Assembly: GCA_964016885.1 (NCBI GenBank)
Contig: OZ024746.1
Coordinates: 92,690,001-92,754,000, forward strand
Source: Eledone cirrhosa
Lineage: Eukaryota
Length of the DNA: 64,000 bases
Reading direction: 5' to 3'
Part shown: positions 26,231-40,639 of the stretch, piece after piece
Numbering within the stretch: the first letter of the stretch is position 1
Layout: each line of letters begins with the position of its first letter
Notes under the pieces: generated by a model
What the model saw: the letters and a program-made list of their open reading frames with translations, nothing else
What the model was told of the DNA's origin: nothing
Databases searched by the model: none
Program-made: the position numbers and the translations under genes

Positions 26231-28461
26231 CTCCTTGTGTGAAAATAACAGTTAAGCTGTGAGAAAAGTACATAACTTGATTGTTTAAGCAGCCTCATTC
26301 TGTGTTCAGCCATTACCTTCCTGTGGCGAGGGTTAAAGTAGTGCCATCATATAATTCCTTATTGGAATCAACAGAACTGGTTGCTGGAGTGGAATTTATA
26401 GCAGAGGCCATAAGAAATACATAATTTTAAGTTGAAATTTATCTTGGAGATAATCAAGAATTTAGATAAATTTAATAAAATATCTAACGTTTTTGGTTGG
26501 TGTTAGGAAGGGCATCCAGCTGTAGAAAACCTGCCAGATAGTCCTATACAAATGAGACACGGTCACCCAATCAATCTTGCCTCAAATGGGACAATTCCCG
26601 TCTAACCCATTCTAGCATGGACGATATATGTTAAACAATGATGTTGATGATGATGATTAAGAGTGATGCATAATTTAATAAAAACTTTTCACATAAGATT
26701 TTAACGGGATGTTTTTAATTTAATTCTAAACATCGCGTAATGTTTTAGCCAAAAAATATCTAAAAACGAGTTTGTTGATTCAAATGTTTATAGTATTTTT
26801 ACTGATGGACAAATTGTTGTGAAAATTTGCAATGTTAGAGAAAAAATGATATTTTTTAATGTGACATAGTCATATTTTCAAAATATTGTATATACAAAAA
26901 CAAAATTAGAATTTGGTTTTTCACTCTTACATAGCAGATACGTAAATGCATTCATGAGTTTTATATCGAATAATATTTGATTTTTTGCACGCAAACAACC
27001 TCATTATGCTATGTTTTTGAGATGACCATCGTCATCCTTTTGTTCTAGCGGTGATGGAAACAATATTATTGTTGATTGTTTCTCTCTGTCACCACTAGAA
27101 CAAAAGAATGGTCATTTAAAAACATAGACTGTTTGCTTGCAAACAAATCGAATATTATTGGCAGTATCAGTAAAGGGTCAGATGCCATGCTTTGCAGCAT
27201 AGTTACATCCCTTTACAGACTGAGTTCAAATCCCACCGAGGTTAACTTTGCCTTTCATCCTTACGGGGGTCAATAAAATAAAGTACCAGTAATGCACTGG
27301 GTAATTGCTGGCCTTGTGCCAAAAGTAGAAACAATTATTGTTATTTGATATAAAACTCACGAAAGCATTTCATCATCATCATCATCATTTTACGTCCGCT
27401 TTCCCCTGCTTGCAAGGGTGGGGCGGGTCTTATTCAGCACAGCATCTCTCCACTTGTCACAGTCCTTCATCATCTCCACCGTGAGCTTCAGCAATCTGAG
27501 GTCTGTTCTCACCACCTCCACCCATGTTTTTCGTGCTCTACCTCTACCACGTCATCCTTCAACTGGCATTTCCTAGCACTTCTTCACCCATCGGTCATCC
27601 TCCATGTGCATCACATGTCCATACATGTATATACAAAATTATCCATTAAATATGAACTTTTAAATACAGATAATTTTGTATCATAGAAACAGGGACAGTT
27701 TCTAGTGGGTTGGTATCAAAACAGTTAATTTACTTATTACTGTGGGTATGCAGTTTGTGTTGTAAGATGTAACTAATGGGATTGGCACCTGTAATGTAAT
27801 CTAGCTGTAACACATCAATAATTTGGAAGAATTTAGTAACATAATTTTCTCATTATTAAGTTGGTGTTTGGAATATAACTTAACAAAGGTCCTTATATAA
27901 AATGATAATGGAAAGTTTTTAGATAAATATAAACACTTTAACTCTTTCATTATTATATTTCTCATGAGAACAGTGGGTTGGTAGTAACAGTGGAGTGTCG
28001 AACAACATGCTTTGCGCCATATAGTTACAGCCCTTTATGTTCTGAGTTCAAATCCCGCCGAAGTTAGCTTTGCCTTTCATCTTTACAGGGTCAATAAAAT
28101 AAAGTACCAGGTCGATTTATTCGACTTTCCCCTTCCCCTAAAATTGCTGGCCTTGTGCCTAAATCAGAAACCATTATTATATATCTCATGAATGACACTG
28201 ACTATGATTTTCAAATTATTTGGAAAATAATTAAGAATTTTTAGGTATTTAGTAATATAACTAACTTTCTCATGGTGCTTCGAACGTAACCTGACAAGAG
28301 TTCTCACATAAAACTATGGAAGATTATTTTTAGATAAATATAAACATTTAAACATAAATAATTTTGTATCATAGAACTAGGGTTGGTTTCAGAGTTGTTA
28401 CACACATATCTATTATGACTGTTTAATATGTTACACACATCTCTTCTATGTTACATGTGTC

Positions 28462-28761
28462 CAGGGCCGGATTTAATGAGAGGCAAAGAGGGCAATTGAC
28501 CTGAGCCCCTTGCGATAGAGGGCCCCACCAGTGATGATCATAGCAATTTATTTGTGCCCTCAGCTGGGCTTTTTAGTCTTAGGACAGTTAGACGTTTTGA
28601 ATTTAATACCAGTTTATATAACCTTTCAATTCCAATTACTTGCACCAAGATAACTTTGATATGTAAAATGGGGGGTACTGTATATTCTAATTTGTTTGTA
28701 TATGAGGGGGCCCCTAAACCTGAAACGCCCTGAGGCCTTCCAAGGTCTAAATCCAGCCCTG
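28462..28761. mobile_element. Complete 300-bp hAT-type MITE
   Basis: TIRs CAGGGCCGGATTTA / TAAATCCAGCCCTG; exact 8-bp TSD CATGTGTC at 28454-28461 and 28762-28769. Confidence 0.92.
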
Positions 28762-28999
28762 CATGTGTCACTACACCTGATATTCCCCCTCCATACACAT
28801 GTACACATGAATATTATGACTCATACACTGTTTACTTTCCTGACATTTGTACATTATTCTATGTACTATACATGCACCTTTGATGAGTTGTAGTGCACCT
28901 GAGCACTGTACACAATAATTTAATTATTATCATTATTATTAATATATCAATCATATCTATTTTATGTCACACACATGTCTGTCTGTATTTACATTTCAG

Positions 29000-29090
29000 T
29001 GTCTGAGTCCCAACCCAATGTGGAATTACATTTTGAACACAAACTGAAACAATGCTCCTTCAGTGGGAAACCAAAAGTGATTTTTGAAAA
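29000..29090 (+). CDS. KMO: KMO exon 5 (VSESQPNVELHFEHKLKQCSFSGKPKVIFEK)
   Basis: tttcAG / GTAAGT; PNVxxHFxHKL motif; 91 nt. Confidence 0.93.
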
Positions 29091-29094
29091 GTAA

Positions 29095-29721
<627 letters not shown>

Positions 29722-30294
29722 TGAGAGGCCCCCTAATCCTTGTTAGGACATTGTTCTAGGAGAAGGAAAACTCCCATGTAAAACCTGTGACTTGATGGCA
29801 GCCAATGATATTGACCTATTCTTCATTTTGGATACCTATCACTGTTATTTAGAGAGTTCAAATCCCGCCGAGGTTGACTTTGCCTTTCATCCTTACGGGG
29901 TCGATAAAATAAAGTACCAGTAATGCACTGGGTATTTGCTGGCCTTGTGCCTAAAGTAGAAACAGTTATTTAGAGAGTAAGATTGGTCCAGTGCAAGGCC
30001 TTTCTTCGCTTAAAAAGCTTCAATGAAGTACAGGCATCACTTGATCTAAACATCTTTTATATGTATTGTATGAGCATGGCTGGCTGTAACTGTAATTAAA
30101 AAAGGCTTCGTGTCACACTTGTGTGGGAGGAGAATCAAATGATGGCAATTCTCAAAATTGAGATGCTGCCATCATATGTGTGTGCATGTATATATATAAG
30201 GGAACAGGCGAAGGATTCAAGAACACACTCTTTGTCCGTTCCCTTGTCAATTCAATTTGGATTGCCTCGGGAACATAACCTTATTATGTACTAA

Positions 30295-30369
30295 GCTGTC
30301 TGATGATGTCACGGCACTGGCTACACCGAAGCGTGTGGCCACTGTCGTCATTGAAATATGTATCACAGT
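30295..30369 (+). ncRNA. Hammerhead motif with long GC-rich stem II
   Basis: CTGT-CTGATGA-..ACGGCAcTGGCTACAC/GTGTGGCCAcTGTCGT..-GAAAT-ATGT-ATC-ACAG; inside a ~300-bp insert between (TA)n tracts. Confidence 0.7.
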
Positions 30370-31121
30370 ATTATCATTAAAGGACTTTAACATCTGAAAC
30401 TACTTTGCATTTTCTTATTCTAAATATACTCTGTCACTCCTATGTGGAAAAAGTACGTTAAGTGCTTGAATTGAATTGCATCAATGTTTACCGTAAGTAT
30501 ATATATATATATAAGTCTAAAGTCTGTCTCAAGCCCAGTGCTTATCCCGGTTTCCATAGCATTAAGCGACTAAGAGTACACTACTCACTGCTGGATAGGA
30601 CGCCAGTCCATCGAAGGGTTAAACTCCCAGCTATTTCTGGTACTCACTTTTAGTTGAGTACACTGGACATAAGTCCAACACCCTTACCATTAGGCCATGT
30701 GCTTCCATATTAGTATGTGTGAAGGCATGTGGCTTAGTGGTTAGGGTATTCGGCCTACAATCGTAAGGTCTTGAGTTCAATTCCCGGCGGCACATTGTAC
30801 CTTTGATCAAGACACTTTATTTCATGTTGCTTCCTGTGCCTGTAATTTCAAATGGCCAGCCTTGTCACATGCCGTGTCATACTGATTCTCCCTGAAAACT
30901 ATGTTAAAGGTATGTGTGTCCATGGAATGCTCAACCAGTTGCATGTTAATTTCATAAGCAGGCTGTTCCATTGATTGGATCAACTAGAACACTCAGTGCC
31001 CCCCACCTCACCCATATCTGTGTGTGAGTAGAGACTCAAACACTAATAGAAATTCCACCATCGCACTCTTTATACACTTACACCTCTCTCTCTATTTTGT
31101 GTTTTTTCTATTTGATATTAG

Positions 31122-31316
<195 letters not shown>

Positions 31317-31530
31317 TGAGTAACATACACACAAATTCACATATATACCCACATATATGCATGTATATATATATATATTGAAAGAGGAAGATTGATGAGA
31401 ACCTGGGTAGATGTGGTGAGAATTAATCTCAAAAAAGCTGAACCTCTCAGTAACCCCTTGTATTTTAGTAGCTTTATTGCTTTGCTTTGAGTGAGTGTGT
31501 ATATATATATATATACACACTCACATATAT

Positions 31531-32786
31531 CATCATCATCATCATCATCATCAACGTTTAACGTCCGTGTTCCACGCTTGCATGGGTTTGGACGGGGGTA
31601 GTCCCACTTGAGGCAAGAGTGATTGTCTTGCTCGCATAGGACTGTCTGGCAGGTTTTCTACAGTTGGATGCCCTTCCTAACACCAACCACATTTACAGTG
31701 TGGGTCTGGGAGGTTTTTACCATGTTGCCTACACGGCCACATTACAGCGTGGACTGTGTGTTTTTTTGTCGTGACACCTACACGATCTCATTTGTTTCGG
31801 CCTGGATGGCGCGGCACCAACATAACTTTACATAGAACGGGGTGGTGTGGATGGGGTGGGGGTGGTGGTGGTGGGACGGGGTGTATTTTGTTAGAGATGC
31901 CTACTGGCTGGAGTAGGTTTTACTATATATTTAGGTAAGGCGGGTCTTCTCTGTTACTGAGTACCGCCAAAAGTCTCGGTCCAGTGACACTGTCTTGGAG
32001 AGGTGTAAGTGTGTGAGGTCGGAGTTTATCAGCTCGTCCCAGGTTTTTCTAGGTCTGCCTATTCCATGGCTACCGTCTATCTTTATTGCCCTGCACTTTG
32101 TTATACAGCTATCGACTTTCATGCGCATCACGTGTTCATACCAACGTAGCCTTCTCTCGAGTAAACAACATCTGATCCCTCTTATCTCTAATTTTTTCCT
32201 TAGTTCGTTTATGCTTTGCCGTTCACATATATTACTGTTACACATCCAGCAGAGCATGAAAGCTTCGTTCCTCTCTAGTCTGCGTATATCCTCTGCACAC
32301 AATGCCCAGGTCTCACTGCCATGCAACATTGCTGTTCGTATGCAGGCATCGTACAACCTGCCTTTCATTTTTAGGGAGAACCCTTTAGCAGCTAATAGTG
32401 GTATAAGCTCTCTGAACTTTTTCCAACCAGTTCTGACTCTAGCTACTATACTTTCAGAGCACCCTCCCCCACTGCTGATTTTATCGCCCAGGTAACGGAA
32501 GCTGTCCACTATTTCTATAGAACCCTCTGCGCAATTGAAAGAGCTAGTATTTTGTGGGCACTTGCTGCTACTTATTGCACCAGAGCACCGGCCACATGTA
32601 AAATCTATGTTCTTAGTTAGCTTACCTGTGATCCCACTACATCTTTTATGCACCCATACTTTGCATTTAGGACATAAAATGGAGTTTCTACCTACGCCTT
32701 TCCTACACACCGAGCACGACCATTTCCCAGAAGGGACCGCCGCCTTGTTTTCTTTCCTACAAACTAGAACTTTAGTCTTAGCCAGG

Positions 32787-32790
<4 letters not shown>
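31531..32790 (-). mobile_element. Well-preserved 3' part of an RTE LINE (family B): PHD-type finger, FRYLG thumb, C-terminal domain, 3' UTR and (ATG)n tail
   Basis: About 285 uninterrupted codons: KTKVLV…CSVC…CPKC…HKRC…CGRC…FRYLG…LHGSETW…RRLRWY…GRPRKTW. Confidence 0.92.
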
Positions 32791-32818
<28 letters not shown>

Positions 32819-33107
32819 ACAGATCTGAAAAAATAAGTACTGGAGTCGATATGATCGACTAAGTCTTCTCAAGGCAGTGCCCTAGCATAGCCACAGTCTA
32901 ATGACCAGTAAAATAATAAAACAACAATTAAAAACATTTGCATCCATTTTTCATGCTGGCATGGGTTTTACATGTATTTATACTTTCCATTTGTATCTTC
33001 ATTCCTAATATATTGTCGTTTGTGTTTGACTGGAATTTTACAATTAGAATACGAGCGGTTACTACAAAATTGAATAAAATTTATTCTGCCCCCCCCCCCC
33101 CTCTCCA

Positions 33108-33139
<32 letters not shown>

Positions 33140-33143
33140 TAAT

Positions 33144-36100
33144 TTCGGCTGATAATGCTTTCTTTATTAACCACAAGGGTTTACATAAAGTAGACATTAA
33201 GGACAGTACAATACAGGACGGTACAAATGGGCATTTCTGCGTGTAAAAAAAACAGAGGATGTAAAAAATAACAATGAAAAATTCCCCAATGGGGGGAGAC
33301 TTCTGAGGGACATTTGTGGAGAAAGCCCATTAAAAGGCCACAGTGGTCCTGACCACCAAGGCAAGTGCCCTTTCCCAGTTTTCCACCTTTAATTTACAGA
33401 CACATACTCAGAGTAGGCCCATTCACTCGGGCCATACTTGCTTCTCTCACCCATCTTTCAACAAAATGCTGGGAAGAGAGCACTTCCCTCTCTACCCTGA
33501 TTTTCCTTTTCAAATGAAATTTGAAAAAGTTAATCAGGGCATCACCGAAGAGGTAAGTGCTCGTCTTCAGCCCTTTCAAACGTGTCCACCATACTATCTC
33601 TTTCGCCATGGCCACCAGACAGATAAAAACTGCCTGCCCTTCCCGGCTAAAGGAAGAGGGTGGGGCAATCCTCACGATGGACTCAGCTGATAGCTGGATC
33701 CGTCCAGCAGGTGTTCGACATAAACCCACAAGTCAGCAATGCTCGGACACTGGACGAGTGCATGCAGGACAGTTTCGTCGCCCTGCGCGCATCTCGGACA
33801 TACCCGGCTGATGGCACCTCCATGCCTGTAGAGTTTATACCGAACTGGCAAAGCTCCTTGGTAGCACTGCCAGGCCAGGGATTTCTGGAAGTTGTCCATA
33901 GGCCCCGTCCCGAAAGTTCTTGTGAAGAGATTTGCTAGTTGATTTTCGTCGACGCCTAGAGTTTCTCCAAGTACGTTGTCGCTCTTCCCCTCCACTAATC
34001 CTCTATAGAACGCCATGGTGGAGTTTCCACCGATCTCATTGCCCGATTAGTCGAGGGCTGTGAGCGCCTGAAGACATTCCAGTCTCCAAGCGCTCCCTCT
34101 CGGTCTTCACTTGACCCAGGACTGCAGTTCCGTCAAGGAGATGAGCTGGCGAAAGACGCGTCTAGCAAACGGCGACCACACCTGATCACCGTAGAGGAAG
34201 AGGTGGAGATGTCGTAACCTGAGCGCGTGTCTGCGTATCATCAGCCACGGCATGCCCAGCCCTCCACGTAGCGGGTGTTGACAGCAGATGGACCGCCTGA
34301 CCATCGAAGCGCGTCCCTTCCACAAAAAGCGAAAGAGCAAACGCTCCAGCGCAGTCAGGCAGGGCTTAGGACAAGGTACAACGGTCAGGCGGTAGTAGAT
34401 GACGGACGCGATGTATGCGTTAGCCACCTCCGCTCGACCTTTCAGGGATAGCTTCCTCTTGGCCCATTTCTGGGTGAGAGAAGCCACTCTGCTCGTCACT
34501 TCGTCCCAGTTTTTGTCCGTCTGGAGGTCCTGACCAAACCAGACCCCTAGCAATTTAACCGGTCCGTCCGTCCAGCACCCGACGATGCTGCTGGACGGCA
34601 TGGACCTGCATCTCCAGGTGCCGAGCTGCAGGCCCACTGACTTTTCCTGGTTGATCATTGCTCCTGTCACCGCTTTGTATTCTCTTAGTGTAGTGCCGAT
34701 CGCCTCGATGTGTTTGGCGTTCGACACCACTACGGTGACATTGTCCGCATATTCTGACACGGATCTTCCGCATCCTAGTTTGCACGGGACCCCCCTTCAA
34801 CGTCTTCAGTTTGTGCAGTAATGGCTCGAGAGTCAATACGTACAAGAGGGATGAGAGGGGACATCCTTGGCGGACCGAGCGCATGATGTTGAACGGTTCC
34901 AAAAGGTGACCGTTCACTCTCACCGCAGGGCAGATGTCGCTGTGCATGGCAGCGATCCAGCCTCTGAAGACGGGCCCAAAGTCAGCCACCCTCAGGACTG
35001 CCGCTAGGTAACGATGGTCGACCCTATCGAAAGCTTTCGACTGATCTAAATTGATCAAGGATCCACCCATGCCAGGTTCCCTAGCTACCCTCTCTACGAT
35101 GTATCGCATGAGGTGGAGGTTGTCGTGGATGGATCCGCCACTCGGGCCCATTGAATGGCTTTCGTCCGCTCATGTCTGAGAGCACGCACCCTAGCTCTGA
35201 CAACGCAAGCCTTTGTGCTTTACATTGAAGAATTGGTCAAGGGCCAATTTCGCTGCAAGTACGTCGGTCACGATGCCTTTGCTAAGCGCCTCGTCTAATT
35301 TTCTAACTAATTCTCCCTCTGCTCTATTTTTCTCTATTGCTAAAGCCTTACTAAACCTAATGGACTCTATTCTAATCGCTCTTTTCAGAGCAAACCACCA
35401 CTTGTTGTTCACGATGGCCCCTATCAATGCCCGCTTAACTAGTTTACTCATTCGGTCTCTGTAGGACTTGCGCGCTGGTAAGGACGCGTTTAGCTTCCAG
35501 TAGCCGGGTCCTCGTCTATGAAGCCTATGTAAGTCAAGCACACAGATAACGAATTTATGGTCCGTATAGCTGACTATCTTGAATTGTAGACAGCCTATGC
35601 TAGACCTATCTATTTCCCTACAAAATACTCTATCTAGATATGATCTAGATGACCCTATGCGATTTGTCCAAGTCCACATTGGCACATTCGGGAAATCCAA
35701 TCGGTACCTGTCAGACAGTTCAAAACGCCTGAGCAGGTTGGTGAGGCTCTTGCACCCTCCTCCCCTATCCGCTAATCCCACACAGTCCCAGCGTGCATCT
35801 AAATTCCCGTTCCAGTCACCCACTAACACTAAAGTTCCAAAAAAGGTCTCCTGACGCCGGAAGAAATCAGGCCGCCCTGCTCCTGTCGGGGCATAGACGG
35901 CCACTAGCCTGAAAGCTTGCCCGTCTCCGCTGGTCACGTCCAGCACCACCAACTTACCTTCTGGGTCCAGGAAGATGGCCCGTATGGCGAGATCCAAACA
36001 TTTTGTTTGATAGTTTATTTTTTTCCCTCTGTATTTTGTTTTTGAAGAGGGAAGGAAGAGGATTTTTTTCTTTTTTTGGTTTCTTTTTCTTTTTTTTTCC

Positions 36101-37625
36101 CTGATACCGTTTCCCACTCCTCGTCGTCACAATCTGTCTCCAGTTGCGATAGGTCGGGGAGTGGAAAATCCTCCACAGGCGTTGGTTTTGGTTGTGGCGT
36201 GGTGGGTGGTGTAGGCGCTGGTGCTAGTTCTGGCGCGTTGGGTGGTGGTGGTGTTGGTTTTGCTACTGTTTCTGGGGTTGTTGCTGTTACAGTTGCTTCT
36301 GTTGTTGCTGCTACAGTTGTTGCTGCCATTTCTGCTGCTGGTGGTGTTGATGGTTGAGCCACCTTTTAGCCTGAGGGCAGAAAGCCCTTAGGTGGGTTCC
36401 TTCACCACAAACGACACACCTAGGCCTTCTGCCCTCGACGATTACGGTGAGGTGGCTGCCGTCAGTGAGGTCTATTACCTCTGGGATCTCCTCAATGCTT
36501 TTTTGGTCCGCTTGGATCAGGAGCTCCATCCCAGATCCGGACCAGTTCTCCTGCTTTTCTTTCACTATTTTGATTATCTTGGTGTTGGCCTCGATGCCGG
36601 TGAGGACTGCAGCCATTAGCCAGGGAATTTCGATGACCGATGGATGATCTTCACGAGTCTCTGGCCACAATAGCTTGGAACGAGTGTGAAGTCGTCACTT
36701 CTTAATGGGGCCATGGAGTGTTCTCTGGCCTCCTGTGGTGTTTCAAAGAACACGTCCACGGTTCCATATTTCTGCCCACGTCTGATGTGGGGTTTTTTTG
36801 CCCACACATGTCCCAAAGCTTTTTGGATTTGGGACTCGGATGCCCGTTCCACTCGGCGCGATTTTATGTTAATCGTCCGATAAGACACGGCGCCGATGCT
36901 CCATTTTATTAGGTGGGGGGTGAGGCTGACCCTGTACCCATCTTTCTTTACCATTCTCTTGGCTTCATCTAATTCCTCCTGAGTTACCTGGATTGCTTCG
37001 CACTTTTTTGCTACTCTGGCAAAAGGCAGGGTGGTTTTCTTATTCTCATTGTTGTTGTTGCTGTTGTTGTTATCGTTATTTTTGTTATTGTTATTTTTAG
37101 TTTCAGTTGAGGTGGTGGTGGCGTCAGTTGTGTTCGGTGTGGAAGAGTCCATTTTGGGTGAATCCATTTCGATGACACGAGATAATTTATTTTTTTCTTT
37201 TGTTTCTGTTGTCGCTGTGGTGGTGCTGGAGGTGGCGGCTTCAACACCTGCAGTCATTGGTAATGGCGGGAAATGAATGTCTGCATGAGACAAATTTAAA
37301 TTATTGCTACTGCTTATATTTTTAGTGTTGGTAAACGTAGTAATATTTACAATGATGGTGTCGGTGTGAGGTGTTAGTTTGTGAGGAAGGTGTGACTGTG
37401 AGTCGTCCATGATTTTTTTTTAAAGACATTTTTGTTTGATAATTATAAAAGTTTAAATTTTGGGCTCAAGGTCCCAATCTTTTTGAGTGTCCTTTTCAGA
37501 AAACAATGTATGTGCACTTATATACAGTTAACAATAAAAAATTTCCATAAATGGCAATTTTAAACAACTGAAAACAACAAACCTTTGCGGAGCTCACGAT
37601 AATACGATTTCCTACGTAGGTCGCC
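33144..37625 (-). mobile_element. L1/Tx1-type LINE, both ends retained, ORF1 and ORF2 frameshifted and internally deleted
   Basis: ORF1 with zinc knuckle CVVCGEGTHLRAFC; APE motifs (VYAP, GDWN, LDR, TDH, GYWKLN); RT motifs (LDQSKAFDRVDH, RQGCPLS, YADN); C-terminal CPRC…H…C; (AAT)n on both flanks. Confidence 0.93.
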
Positions 37626-37679
<54 letters not shown>

Positions 37680-37757
37680 AAACAACCACAGAAAACAAAA
37701 AAAACAAAAAAAATAAAAATCTTAATTCTGATTTAAGTCATCTCTCTTCCTTTTCAG

Positions 37758-37815
37758 GAAATCTCTTTTTGAAACGTTCTTTAGTAGAAAAGCACTTCCT
37801 ATGGTAACAGTCAAG
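37758..37815 (+). CDS. KMO: KMO exon 8 (KSLFETFFSRKALPMVTVK)
   Basis: Polypyrimidine tract plus cAG, GTAAAA donor; 58 nt restores phase 0. Confidence 0.9.
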
Positions 37816-39073
37816 GTAAAATTAAAAAGTTATTCCCCATTTTTTTTTCAAAGCAAAGTTATTATTTTAATTCTGATAGAGTAGACTACAGTCAATGTTG
37901 TTCACATTGGTGTTTTTGTCATTGTAATAACGTTAAAGATGAATAGACCTCCATCATAACTGACGGAGATGGTGATGACAATATATATGAATATCATCAT
38001 CATCATCATCGTTTAACATCCATCTTCCACGCGAGCATGGGTTGGACGGTTTTTGTCCCACTTGAGGCAAGATTGGTCGGGAGACTGTGTCTTGCTCGTA
38101 CAGAACTTTTTCTGGCAGGTTTTCTATGGCTGGATGCCCTTCCTAACACCAACCATATTTACAGTGTGGATTGGGATCCTTTTTACCATGTCTCCTACAT
38201 GACCACTTTACAGTGTGGACTGGGTGCTTTTTGTCGTGTCACCTACACAATATATATATATAGTCTGTTTGCTTTTTACAAGAAACTTGAAGTACGCAAA
38301 TTCACTTTAATGCCTCTTGAAAAAATATTATCAAATATTCACTGTGCGCGAATAATGCGCTATAACACATGTGGTTTTTAATTTTTTTATTTATCAGAAA
38401 TATAATATAACATTAGAATTGACAAAGGGAATCATCAGAAATAATAATATAGTATATATTAGAGTTGCATTTTTATTCAATTGTTTCTCTCGCTCTGACT
38501 CCACTGACAGTCTCTACCTGCATACTGTATTGAATAATTATTATTGTTGTTGTATTCATCCATGCAGAAGCTGAAAGCGATAACAATATCTAAATACTGT
38601 ACTTCGTCAAGTTTACCTTTGTCAGACTTTGTATTTTTCTACAACTTCCATTTTTACCATGAACAGCAAGCAAGGCACCAAAAGATTTGAATTATGCAAA
38701 TGTGCTTTATGAACCACATTCACCTTTGCACAAAAAGCGAACAGAATGTATATATATGTGTGTGTGTGTATATATATACAAAATATAGACGAAAATACAT
38801 ACAAACAGTATATTTAATATTATAAGGTTTATAACAATAATATAAAAATGTATTTTGCTTGAAGCATTTTAAACGATATATAATGTGGAAAATAATATAA
38901 GTAAGAAGGGGAAAATGCAAAATGGATGATAAGATGAAGGTAACAAAAAAGTTAGTTACCTGGTAATCTTTCTTTATTGTTTTTTTTTTTGTTTTGTTTC
39001 TTTCATCTAGTCTTTGAAATTAGATTCAATTAAATTTAATTACAAAATAAAAAAGAGAGAGAGAGAGAGAGAG

Positions 39074-39122
<49 letters not shown>

Positions 39123-39132
39123 ATATATATAT

Positions 39133-39700
39133 ATAATTGAATAAACAAGAGAGATGAACACTAATATAAACATACATGTGTTCGAATCATAAGGACCAAG
39201 TTTGTCGGCTCCATCATGTAGAGCTAATTTTAATGTCCTGTCAGCAAGGCAGCTATTTTTAGTGGCAGAGAATTTCGAGACAAGCTGGGTTCTGAACACA
39301 TGCGATAATTCTTATCGAAAACAATTCAGTCTCTCATATTTTTAGAAGTGGAAGGATCACTAATTTCTCAACAACTACTGAAGAGCAGAGAAGAGTGTCA
39401 ACTTCACTTTATAAGATGTTGTGAAACAGTCTCCAATACTGTCTAGTTGTTACCAGGCGATTTGCCCAATATAGGTCTGTTACTTTTTTTAATTTAATAT
39501 TTAAAATTAATTCTGACAAACCATATTGCTGTAGCTAGTATTTTTTCACCTTAGCAAACTTGGTCCTTACAATTCGAACACATGTATGTTTATATTATTG
39601 TTCATCTCCCTTGTTTATTCAATTATATTGTACGGCTCGGAAAAGCTTTTTTCTTAGAGCTATTTAATTATAGGAGACTACTCTGAGTTTCTAACTCACT
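39133..39700 (+). mobile_element. Non-coding HHR-bearing Penelope-like element with ~70-bp inverted arms (39133-39203 / 39555-39625)
   Basis: Inverted repeat read directly; flanked by (TA)n; homologous to 23250-23692. Confidence 0.8.
39370..39451 (+). ncRNA. Type I hammerhead ribozyme, canonical core, sense to KMO intron 8
   Basis: AACAACTA-CTGAAGA-GCAG…TTGT-GAAACAGT-ctccaat-ACTGTC-TAGTTGTT; 8-bp stem I, 5-bp stem III, GUC triplet. Confidence 0.9.
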
Positions 39701-40088
39701 ATATATATATATATATATATATGGGATAAGTTATCGTTTTAGGTAATCCAATTAGAGGTTGTGAGTACTCTGTACTATGGATATTTTTAACGTACGGCGT
39801 TGTTTGACTCAACAAGAGGTTTCCTTAGTTAGCGAGTTTGCGAGAATTAATTCCCATGCAGGTTATTCTTGGAGTAATAGTAGAGAAAGAGTGAAGAATA
39901 ACATGGTTGTATAAACAGGGTTTTATTTACAGTATTAACAATTGTTTCATTGATCAGGTGAGTCTAAAGGCTTTTTGTATAGCCGACCATGTTAGTCTTC
40001 ACTCTTTCACTACTATATATATATATGTATTTATGTATATACATATCATATATCTATCACCCCCCCCCCCCCCTCTCTCTGCTTCTAG

Positions 40089-40193
<105 letters not shown>

Positions 40194-40639
40194 TAGAATT
40201 CATTTATTTACCTACTGGTTATCTTCTCACTACTTTGGTTTGTATGGTGAAGTCTGTGCTTAGATAAGAAGGTCCAATAACGTAGAAACATGCCAAGACG
40301 TTGCTGTTCATACATGCCATAAAATTTAAAGTAACTTTAGTAATCAACTGTAATACTGTCTTTTCCTCATTGCATAATTATTTTTAATTAACTTTGTATG
40401 CTTACTAGATCAAATATATTAAGCTCCGACTATAATTTTCCATGCAGTTCACATCCGTTAGTAATTTCTTTCAGTAATTTATATCAGTCCAGAGTTTGGA
40501 ATTGGGCCTATATTTTACATCTGGCCTGTATTTATTACCAGCCTTATACAATCCTGGATAAAAGTAATATAAAAGAGATTTCAGAAAGTTGGTATCCACT
40601 GGGAAAAGAACCAATGATTTCTTTGGATATATAAACTCT

